Shown: piece by piece, positions 1 through 7,920 of the stretch
Numbering within the stretch: position 1 is the stretch's first letter
Layout: each line of letters starts with the position of its first letter
Assembly: GCF_000315625.1 (NCBI RefSeq)
Contig: NW_005434414.1
Span: 1-40,031, forward strand
Direction of reading: 5' to 3'
Length of the DNA: 40,031 nucleotides
DNA from: Guillardia theta CCMP2712
Lineage: Eukaryota; Protista; Cryptophyta
Program-made: the position numbers and the translations under genes
Notes under the pieces: generated by a model
Seen by the model: the letters and a program-made list of their open reading frames with translations, nothing else
What the model was told of the DNA's origin: nothing
Database searches by the model: none

Positions 1-711
1 GTAGTCCCATTTCTTCAAGCGATCGAATCCTGATGTAGGATTTTCTTCTCCTGCAATGATGAATTCCATTGGGCTATCGTAGATTGCTTTCTCCCATCCC
101 GAGGCGACTGCTTGTTTTCCTTGCTTTGCCATTTCCTTTGCCTCTTGAATGTGTCTCTGAGATTCTTTTGCTAGTTGGAGTCGGATCCTGATTCCCCTCC
201 CTTCGAGTTTCTTCATGCAAGTGAGTAACCGATCATGTAAGTCCTCCAGCAGTTCGTCTTCGTATCGCATGGTATCCATTCGCAACGTATTTGTCATAAA
301 GCGGTGGAAACGTGTGGACTGGTACATTATTGTGACTTGATTTCCCCTTTTGATCTGTATTCCTTCCTCAAGGACATGTTGCAGAAGTAAGCCAATTGCG
401 ATTGTGTTCGCTCGAATGATGCTGCACTTCCCATTGATTTTCATCCCTCCTCCTGACGTCATCTCTTGTTGTTGGAGAACATATCCTATTCGCATGGATC
501 TGTTTTTTCTGCCCTGCATGATGTCTCCTTCAATAGCTGCTGTGAAATGCCTTCCGCCTTGATGATTGCTGCGCGGCTGGATCTGATCCCTTCGTCTGTT
601 ACACAGCTCCTCATACGTTGGGAGGATGTTGTCCTGAAGTTGGTCTCGTAAGTATGTTGGGAGTTTGTGCCCAACTAGTATCCCAACTCTTCTACAGTTT
701 TTGTCAAGCAC
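1..711 (-). pseudogene. third segment of the polyprotein, with a degenerate RNase H-like fold; open to the window edge
   Basis: Manual translation: ..HFTAAIEGDIMQGRKNRSMRIGYVL..GGGMKINGKCSIIRANTIAIGLLLQHV..VTIMYQS..IRLQLAKESQRHIQEAKEMAKQG.. No stop from 711 to 1. Confidence 0.65.
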
Positions 712-1904
712 CTATTCCCTGTCCTCCAGAAGTTTGCTGCATAAGCTATTTGAGCGCCTTTCGGGATCCGGCTGATAATTTCAAAACCTTCTGGTATCTC
801 ATCAATGTTATTCTTCCATCCTATCAGAATGACATGTATTGTATCCAGGATTTGTTCACGAAATCTCTTTTGTTTGTCCATCCAAACCACCACTCGTTGC
901 AGTTCCCTTGCTCTCTTCTTGTCCAGAGCCTGGGGATGTGTGTGTAGGGTAGGCCAGTTACGAAATGTACTGATGTCGCATTCTGTAATCTCCGCTAAAT
1001 GTTGTAAAAACTCGTATGCCAATGGTTGTGTTTTTTCTTGGCGAACCTCTGATACTACCTCCTCGAGTTGTTGCCACCATGCTGTAGCTTCTGTTTCGCC
1101 GTCGTCCAATGCATTAACTATTTCCAGCAGCAGATGGATGCTTTGATTGCAGTCTCTTCGGTTATTACCGTCCTCTTCCCTTGTTGCAGATGCGAAGGGA
1201 GCCGAGTCCAGCGACGCTTCCAACCATTCTATTGGTGGATCCACGGTCTTGCTTTCTTCAATTTGAGATCGCTCAAAGATGGCTATGTTCCCTTGAACTT
1301 TGAAAGGTATGTTGCTTGTAGTGTAACAGAATCTTTCTTGCTGATTCCCTCCTTCATCATAACAGGTGGGGTCATGTTGGAGCCACCGCCTCAAAATTAC
1401 CCGGGTGCAAGCCTTCGTATTCGTTTCCTCTCTCCCTTGGTCCGGTCTGGCTAGTTTCTTGTGTGGCTGAAGTTCATGTGGGCTAGCCTCCCTTTTTCCT
1501 TTCCTTCTCTTGTTTGGGGGCTTCCCCTCCTCCCTGGCTGGCCTTCTTCTCTTCCCTGTTCCTGCCTGCTCAAGTCCGAGTTTTGCCCAGATGACATTCG
1601 CTTGTAGATATTGTGCGAGGATTTCTTCTGCTTGTTCCCTTTGCTTTGGGAATGGCCAGAGTCGCACGGGCAGGTGCAGGGAGATGCCCTCGGTATCTGG
1701 GACGGGTAAAATACTTGTCATGGAGTGGAAGCCTACTTGGGGCAGTAGTCTCCATGCCTTTGCAAAACTCTCCCAGCCTTGCCGAGCAGGAGATGTAGGT
1801 AGGGAGTTTTCTCCGGACGGCAGGGAGTTTTCTTCTGAGAGCATCTTGTCCTCCAGGTCGTGTAAGATGGCTATTGTCCCCGGTTTCATCTTGCTTTCAA
1901 TCAT
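675..1904 (-). pseudogene. continuation of the RT polyprotein after a frameshift near 1900-1925; unknown domain with basic NLS-like cluster
   Basis: Overlaps the RT ORF stop (ATGATTGA). The frame is open upstream of its ATG (..TISWEMIESK). Contains GKRRRPAREEGKPPNKRRKGKRE. Confidence 0.7.
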
Positions 1905-4419
1905 TTCCCAACTGATGGTGGTCTGCGCTCCAGATTGCGAGTCTTTCCGGTCCTCTCATCTCTTCGTTCTCTTTGAGTCTGCCCGATCTGATTTCTCGTT
2001 GTAACTGGTTTATTGTTTGACACCCCCATTGGTTGCACCATGATGTTAGTTTGTGGATCAGACTGCTTTTGATATCATCATCCACCCTGCATTTCTTATT
2101 CGTTTCTTTCTCTAGATACCGAATCGCCGCCCTTCCCAAGATGGGTGCTGGATGGGGGAGTTGGAGGCCTCCTCTGTCCCAAGGTAGGTGAAAGATAGCG
2201 TTGCTTGTACTCTTGCTCAATCCCATAGCTCTTTTGAATGCTCTGGTCCAGAGGGTATCTAAGGTTTGTAAGTCTGACCAAGACCAGCTCACCAGTACCG
2301 CCGAGTATCTAAAGATATTGACGATGCCTACCTTCACCAGGTAATATTTTTGGGCTGCCGAGTAAGCAGATGATTCAATCAGCTTTGTCAGTTCTTTTGT
2401 CTTCTCCAAGATGTGTTCTTTCTCTCCCCACGTGAAGGGGCAGGTGTGCGCCTTGTTGCCTCTTCCTCCTGGTCTCCACAAGCTGATCCGGATCCCTAGA
2501 TATTTGAACCATTTTGTCGGTGGTAGGTTCACAAACTCCTTGTCAAAGAACTTGATGTTTTGTGTTCCTTGGATCTCCCTCTTTAGCCGATAATCAAAGC
2601 TGGTGATTTCAGATTTCTTCGTGTTCAGTTCTAATCCACTCCATCGACAGAATCGTTCTACCACTTGAACAAGCGTTTTCATCTCTCTCACTGAATGTGC
2701 TATCAGGACAAGGTCGTCTGCAAATGACAGATTATTAGGGTGTTGAGTTGCAATCTCGTTTTGTTGATCAAGTTGTCTGGACAAGATGCTGAGCAGAAGA
2801 TTTGTTTTTGGTGGACTCGCGGGGCTGCCTTGAGGTAATCCCCGGAGGAGCGGGATTGCTGCTGTATCAAACCTCTCAGTCTGGATTTGCAGAGCTATGC
2901 CTTGACTGCAGCTGACTGCGACGTCGACATCGCGCTGGTGGAATCCATATACCTCCATGATTTTTGCGATGGATTCAACCGCGACGTTATTGAAGAAGTT
3001 GGCAAAGTCGAGGTATAACAGTATAATGTTGTTTTGACTGCTCTGGGCCTCCTCGATGATGTTAAGTAGTCTATGACCTTGACGGATCGTCCCGCCCTCG
3101 GGTCGGAAACCCTCTTGGTTATCTGTTAACAGCTTGTGCCTCTCAGCTGCTTTTGCCAGTCTGTGTGCTATCACCGCTTGGAAGATTCGCGTCACCGACG
3201 AGAGGATACATATAGGACGCATATTTTCCAGAACATGACAGAGCTCGTTTTTTGGAAGGAGTCTGACTCGTGCTAGCATGTTCAACAACGTTTTGTCTCC
3301 TGTCAACGCTCTACTGATCACTTTTCCTATCTCCTCCTTTGCGCTGTCAGGTAAAGCTTTCAGGATCTCGTTTGAGATCAAATCCATGCCTGCTGCCTTG
3401 CGATTTGATACTTTTTGAATCCAAATCTGAATTTCTCCTGGCTCCAGGGGAAAAGCAATTTCTATTTCCCTGGTCGGGTGTTGATCAATGTTCGCGGGAG
3501 AGTTGAATTCCGGTGGTTGGACGGAGGTGAATGATTGACACTGTTTGCAGAAGAAGAGGATCGTCGTTTCTTCGTTCTTCTGACCTTTGTCATATAGCGG
3601 GATCAATCGTCCTCGTGTTTGACACTCCGCCTTTGCGCAGGTTCCATTCGTCGTGCAGCCGTTGACTGCGAAGAAGGTTGCCGTGTGGGTTTCATCTTCG
3701 AGTTCGCTAGCCAATCTCATAGGGAGAAATTGCTCGATGTTCTTGTATCCTTCTAGGCGCCACCCTCCTGGTTGTGGGAGCAGTTCCCGAATGATTTGTA
3801 CAATCAAATGTGCTGGCGCCACGGTGAGGGAGAGCTTCTTTGATGTTTGATTTCCCGCCCCGAGGACCTCAACGTGCAGTAAGGTTTGATGTTTTGCATT
3901 CCAAAAAGTTTTGCTTGATTCTTTGGAGCTGTTTTGCAGGAATGCTTCCATCAGCGGATCCAGGTCCTGTAAATACTCTAGCTCTGACCGCTGCAGCGCT
4001 GGTTGGAGATCGCTCCATGAGGTGAGTTCAATTGTATTTGGGTGGCATTTCTCTGGCAGTTGGCTACTCATTGGGGCTTTGGGCTTATAGTCTGATTTCT
4101 TCCCCATTGCATTCTGGGACTCTTTACTCCCTATCGTGCCCAGTCGTCGTCGGCGTTCCTCGCAAGCTTTCAGGAAGGTTTGTTGGTCCTGTTCGGTGCA
4201 GATCTCCTTGAATTTGATCATAGTCTCTCTTAGTTCGGCGTTGATACTCGACTCCCTGTGTGCACGATCAATATAGTCTGTGATTTCTGATGCGCTTCTC
4301 AGATCCTTGCGAAGTTGCTTAATCTTCCTTTTCAGGTCCATTTGAATCTTCGATGAGTATCGCTTCCCACCTGAGGTTCGTAGGGGGATTTCCTTAATGG
4401 GAAGGGCAGTTGTTATCAA
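1897..4419 (-). CDS. non-LTR reverse transcriptase ORF, N-terminally truncated, no APE endonuclease visible
   Basis: Motifs KAAGMDLISNEILK, NMRPICILS, NQEGFRP, LYLDFANFF, GLPQGSPASP, LSFADDLVL, KYLGI, LPWDRGGLQL. First ATG is at 4341; the frame is open up to the TAG of the telomeric repeat. Confidence 0.95.
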   Translation of the reverse strand: MITTALPIKEIPLRTSGGKRYSSKIQMDLKRKIKQLRKDLRSASEITDYIDRAHRESSINAELRETMIKFKEICTEQDQQTFLKACEERRRRLGTIGSKESQNAMGKKSDYKPKAPMSSQLPEKCHPNTIELTSWSDLQPALQRSELEYLQDLDPLMEAFLQNSSKESSKTFWNAKHQTLLHVEVLGAGNQTSKKLSLTVAPAHLIVQIIRELLPQPGGWRLEGYKNIEQFLPMRLASELEDETHTATFFAVNGCTTNGTCAKAECQTRGRLIPLYDKGQKNEETTILFFCKQCQSFTSVQPPEFNSPANIDQHPTREIEIAFPLEPGEIQIWIQKVSNRKAAGMDLISNEILKALPDSAKEEIGKVISRALTGDKTLLNMLARVRLLPKNELCHVLENMRPICILSSVTRIFQAVIAHRLAKAAERHKLLTDNQEGFRPEGGTIRQGHRLLNIIEEAQSSQNNIILLYLDFANFFNNVAVESIAKIMEVYGFHQRDVDVAVSCSQGIALQIQTERFDTAAIPLLRGLPQGSPASPPKTNLLLSILSRQLDQQNEIATQHPNNLSFADDLVLIAHSVREMKTLVQVVERFCRWSGLELNTKKSEITSFDYRLKREIQGTQNIKFFDKEFVNLPPTKWFKYLGIRISLWRPGGRGNKAHTCPFTWGEKEHILEKTKELTKLIESSAYSAAQKYYLVKVGIVNIFRYSAVLVSWSWSDLQTLDTLWTRAFKRAMGLSKSTSNAIFHLPWDRGGLQLPHPAPILGRAAIRYLEKETNKKCRVDDDIKSSLIHKLTSWCNQWGCQTINQLQREIRSGRLKENEEMRGPERLAIWSADHHQLGND

Positions 4420-4430
4420 ATTGATAATGT

Positions 4431-4440
4431 CTAAACCCTA
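4431..4440 (-). repeat. telomeric repeat remnant (TAGGGTTTAG)
   Basis: ctaaacccta lies between the RT unit and the tail of the ORF1 unit. Confidence 0.8.
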
Positions 4441-4611
4441 TTATTATTATGTGAGTTTATTAGAATGCTAGAATGTTGCTCGGCCTCGTTGTGGGCTTTT
4501 GCAATTTGATCCTAGTCTAAAGAGGCGCGCGAGCACTGGGAGTACACGGCCTACAATGCGAACCCTGCTTCTGAGGCGTCTTTCTACTTTCTACTTCTGC
4601 TGTCTTCTCTT

Positions 4612-4826
4612 GGCTTCCTCAGCCTCAGTCAGGAGAGTTGCCTCTCCTCACCTTGGCCTTCGGTCGCCACCTACTCTACCTCCATTCAGCTTCCTCACCC
4701 TCAGTCAGGAGAGTTGCCTCTCCTCACCTTGGCCTTCGGACGCCACCTACTCCTCCTCCATTCAGCTTCCTCAGCCTCAGTCAGGAGAGTTGCCTCTCCT
4801 CACCTTGGCCTTCGGTCGCCTCCTAC
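4612..4826. repeat. 76-bp tandem repeat, ~3 copies, in the 3' UTR of the ORF1 unit
   Basis: tcagtcaggagagttgcctctcctcaccttggccttcgg starts at 4625, 4701 and 4777. Confidence 0.9.
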
Positions 4827-4851
4827 CTTCTCTCCTTACCTTGAGCTCAGC

Positions 4852-7020
4852 TCAAGCTCGGTACGGGCTCGCCCCGTCTTCTTCCTCGCCCTCGCCTTGC
4901 TCTTCCTCCATGTCTTCCTCTTCTTCGTCATCTTCCCTCATCTCCACCCGCAGTCGGTCCTTCTTGTCCACCTTCAGCGAGCAGGCCAGCACATGCATCT
5001 CTGCGAATTTACTCAGTGCTATGAACAGGAAGCTAAGAGATCGACGCTCTATGTCGTCGCTCTCCGCCTCCTGCTCAAGCTCAGCAGCTGCCGTTGCCCG
5101 TGGCGAGAACGCGCTGCCCCTCCTTGCCTTCTTGCTCTCTCCTTGCACGCGAGTCCAGCGCTTGCTCTGCAGCCACTTCCCCAGCTTCTCCTTGAGAACG
5201 TTGCGTCCCACTCCCTGCTCCTCTGGCGTCTTCGCCCACTCTCCCAGCGACATGAACTCCAGGCTCCCCGGAGAGTAGAAGGTGTCGTGGAGGTTGCCAA
5301 CAGCCTTGTCCAGGACCAGCTTGATCGGCTCGCTCGTCCCCGCCTCGTTCAAAGAAGCTGCATCTTCGATGACTGCTGACAGCTCGCTGACAAGCTGCAT
5401 GTCCTCTTGGCTTGACGGAGATGCTGCCTCCATTGTGATCCTCTCCAGGTCTGTAAACTCCAGCCACTCTCCCTCGCTTTCCTCCTGTCGCTGCGCTGCG
5501 TCGCTGGTGCCCCGCTGACCAGCCGCCTCAGGCTCCTTGTCGAAGCCGACTGCTTCGAGCTTGGTGGCTGCGCCTTCGAGATAGAAGGGCAGCTCCTTCA
5601 TCATGCATCGAGCATCCTCCGTGGAGCCGAGGAGGATGCATAGCTTGGACCCGTTCCAGGACTTGGTGTTCAAATCCTCCTCCATGTCGATGCCTTCAAC
5701 TTTGATCTCGAGCCTGTTAGCGATCTCCAACAGGACTCTCTTGACTCTTGCGATGGACGTGTTGCCGCCGTTGCACAGCCCCTCCATCTCCTTCCTCGTG
5801 AAGCGACCAGATGCCGCCGTCGACTTGATGATGATCTTGATCTCCTTGCCGTCCTTGCCGCCTGCCTTCTTCTGCAGTCTTGATGCCTTCTTCAACTTAT
5901 TTCTGGACACAAAGCGATCGGCTGTCAACTCGACTGCGAGCGCCTCTCTGATCTTCGGGTCCTCGCTGAACAGAGTCAGGTGTACTCCCTCCATCGCTTC
6001 GCTCTCTCGGAAAGCTCGAAATGCTGTATCATTCGCCTCTGGGGAGCTCGAGGAGACGATCCACTCCACCTCCCTCTGTCTCCAGATGACGTTGGCCCCT
6101 ACAGCGACGAAGCCTTTCTGACCTAAGCCTTTGTGGACTTGCTGTCCTGGCGCCCCAGCGACCAGCATGCCTGCCAGCGGCTGGAGTTGGACCGCTGCAA
6201 GGGACTGGCGCAGCAGCTGATAGCGATAGACGGCAGCTATCTCAGCCGTTGTCATGCCGCCCAAGGTTAACAGGTGGGTCAGCTCTGCCAAGCTGCCCCC
6301 TTTGCCCCAGGGTCCTCTCTTGGCTCGAATCTTGAAAGATCGATCGTGCACGATGCTCACATGTACAGCTGTGAACTTGCGACCATAGATCGCGAAGTCC
6401 TCTCTTCCCTGCCAGAGCTTCTCCGCTTGTGCATTGCGGAGGAAGGAAACAGTCACCGGGATCTCCTCAGCACTCGCTATCTCGGGTCTATACGGAGCCT
6501 TCCACATGATTGCTTTACTCTCTTGCACTGAGTCTACGATCAGTCCGATCTCTTCGAATTTCTTCTTCAGCTTCTCTTCATGGTTGACATACACCGAGGA
6601 GATGCCCAGGAGAGTCATGGAGATGAAGGAAGTCACCTCGTTGCCTGCTGAGGCGGTGTATGTCTCGACCTTCTCCTTCTTGGCTTCTTCAATCTGCTTC
6701 ATAAACCATTCTCTGGATGCGTCACTCCATCCAGTCATTGCTTCTTGTAGAAGCTCACGTCGTGCCTGCTGACATGTCGAGCGGATGGCTTCTGCGATAG
6801 CGTCGGGGGTGCATCCCTCCACAGCCTTGCAAGCCTGGGCTGTCCTGCTGTTAGGATAACGCTTCGCGAAGCTCTTCACCCTCTCGACCAGATCAGCTTC
6901 GAGGACAGAGGCATCCACAAGTCCGCTCTGCGTGTATTGGCATGATCTCTGATACAGCAGGTTGCGAACACTCTCATCATACTGAAGAACCATACTTAGA
7001 AAGCTATTTGAAGTATACAA
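4852..7020 (-). CDS. ORF1/gag-like protein with RRM-like folds and acidic C-terminus (frame open upstream to ~7107)
   Basis: Intact 722-aa ORF. ISMTLLGIS-EEKLKKKFEEIG-VDSVQ-VTVSF-AQAEKLWQ-IYGRKFTA fits the RRM beta-alpha-beta-beta-alpha-beta pattern. A second copy lies at 7921-8560. Confidence 0.7.
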   Translation of the reverse strand: MYTSNSFLSMVLQYDESVRNLLYQRSCQYTQSGLVDASVLEADLVERVKSFAKRYPNSRTAQACKAVEGCTPDAIAEAIRSTCQQARRELLQEAMTGWSDASREWFMKQIEEAKKEKVETYTASAGNEVTSFISMTLLGISSVYVNHEEKLKKKFEEIGLIVDSVQESKAIMWKAPYRPEIASAEEIPVTVSFLRNAQAEKLWQGREDFAIYGRKFTAVHVSIVHDRSFKIRAKRGPWGKGGSLAELTHLLTLGGMTTAEIAAVYRYQLLRQSLAAVQLQPLAGMLVAGAPGQQVHKGLGQKGFVAVGANVIWRQREVEWIVSSSSPEANDTAFRAFRESEAMEGVHLTLFSEDPKIREALAVELTADRFVSRNKLKKASRLQKKAGGKDGKEIKIIIKSTAASGRFTRKEMEGLCNGGNTSIARVKRVLLEIANRLEIKVEGIDMEEDLNTKSWNGSKLCILLGSTEDARCMMKELPFYLEGAATKLEAVGFDKEPEAAGQRGTSDAAQRQEESEGEWLEFTDLERITMEAASPSSQEDMQLVSELSAVIEDAASLNEAGTSEPIKLVLDKAVGNLHDTFYSPGSLEFMSLGEWAKTPEEQGVGRNVLKEKLGKWLQSKRWTRVQGESKKARRGSAFSPRATAAAELEQEAESDDIERRSLSFLFIALSKFAEMHVLACSLKVDKKDRLRVEMREDDEEEEDMEEEQGEGEEEDGASPYRA

Positions 7021-7107
7021 ACCTCTCGCTTGCAGCTTCCTTGGCGCCCTGGCAGCTTCCCCTACACCACGCGTGCAGCCATGGTGACCACGCGTGCAGC
7101 CATGGTG

Positions 7108-7158
7108 CTAAACCCTAAACCCTAAACCCTAAACCCTAAACCCTAAACCCTAAACCCT
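7108..7158 (-). repeat. telomeric (TTTAGGG)7 tract
   Basis: Perfect (aaaccct)n. Confidence 0.97.
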
Positions 7159-7371
7159 GAGCTGCGCCTGCCTCCTTGATGCTAGGCTTGTTTTCCTTCC
7201 CTGCCGCCTGTGCTCCATATGTGGCTTGCCCCTGTGCCGCGCCTGCCCCCTCACCTGCCCCCATCGGACTAGGTCGACTCGCTTCCCCTTCTTGCCGTCC
7301 ATAGCATGTGTTGCACCTCCATCAGTTGCTTGATTGCTGCTGTCTTGATGCTTTCCCATTCCGTGTCTTCC
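7159..7371 (-). mobile_element. fragment bounded by telomeric tracts on both sides, no tail
   Basis: 213 bp between two tracts; origin unknown, probably an element fragment. Confidence 0.4.
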
Positions 7372-7399
7372 AACCCTAAACCCTAAACCCTAAACCCTA
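7372..7399 (-). repeat. telomeric (TTTAGGG)4 tract
   Basis: aaccctaaaccctaaaccctaaacccta. Confidence 0.95.
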
Positions 7400-7778
7400 G
7401 TAGTAGTAGTAGTTGAGTTTATTAGAATGCTAGGTAGGTTGCATGGCTTGTTATCACCTTGCTCTATTCTAGTCTAACAGGGATCTCGTGACCTGGCAGT
7501 TCGGCCCGACTTGGCTGGCCCCTATGGCAGCCGTGCTTCTGCTCTGCTCCCTCCTCTGATATACTTCAGTGGTCTTCCCCGGCCCCAGCCAGTGGAGTTT
7601 CCTCCGCCGGCCTTGGCCTGGGTCGTCCGTGCTTTACTTGTGTTGCTTCCTCGGCTCCGACACACCTTGGCGGTCTCGGCCGGCCTTCGGCCAGTGAGTG
7701 GATGATGGATGAGGTGGCAGGTGGGTTGTGGATGGGTCCCTGGGACTCACGTCCCTTCCCCCGGGCCTCGGTCCGGAC
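7400..7778 (-). mobile_element. 5'-truncated 3' end of a related element with (CTA)n tail
   Basis: tagtagtagtagtag-ttgagtttattagaatgctag..ctagtctaa is homologous to 4441-4520. Confidence 0.8.
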
Positions 7779-7806
7779 AACCCTAAACCCTAAACCCTAA
7801 ACCCTA
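7779..7806 (-). repeat. telomeric (TTTAGGG)4 tract
   Basis: aaccctaaaccctaaaccctaaacccta. Confidence 0.95.
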
Positions 7807-7889
7807 TTATTATTATTATTATTTGAGTTTATTAGACTCTTAGTCGAGAATTTCATAGCTAAGAACTATTGCTCTTTGCTCATCTCTCG
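7807..7889 (-). mobile_element. very short 3' end of a third element variant with (TAA)n tail
   Basis: (tat)6-ttgagtttattaga is shared with the other two termini, then the sequence diverges. Confidence 0.75.
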
Positions 7890-7920
7890 CCTAACCCTAA
7901 ACCCTAAACCCCAAACCCTA
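7890..7920 (-). repeat. degenerate telomeric tract with TTAGGG and TTTGGGG variants
   Basis: cctaaccctaaaccctaaaccccaaacccta. Confidence 0.9.

Larger units (their letters stand above)
1..4430 (-). mobile_element. 5'-truncated non-LTR retrotransposon (RT polyprotein broken by two frameshifts; runs off the left window edge)
   Basis: The frame is open from the telomeric junction at 4430. ORFs 1897-4419, 675-1904 and an untracked open frame ~711-1 abut or overlap in shifted frames. Confidence 0.92.
4441..7107 (-). mobile_element. ORF1-only retroposed unit with 3' UTR, AATAAA and (TAA)n tail, 5'-truncated
   Basis: Bounded by telomeric tracts on both sides. The minus strand ends CTAGCATTCTAATAAACTCAC-ATAATAATAA-TAGGG. 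One long ORF and no RT. Confidence 0.75.

Noticed and set aside
1897-4419. Telomerase, Penelope/Athena, group II intron or retron RT
   Set aside because: The motifs (QxGFR, PQGSP, FADD, YLGI, GGL) are non-LTR type, and the sense strand carries the G-rich repeat, opposite to Athena-type terminal addition.
4612-4826. Hammerhead ribozyme, as in Penelope/Terminon elements
   Set aside because: The core is CTGACTGA..GAAT rather than CTGANGA..GAAA, and there is no NUH site before the stem.
4499-6772. Plus-strand ORFs antisense to ORF1
   Set aside because: Shadow frames of a GC-rich coding strand, with no motifs.
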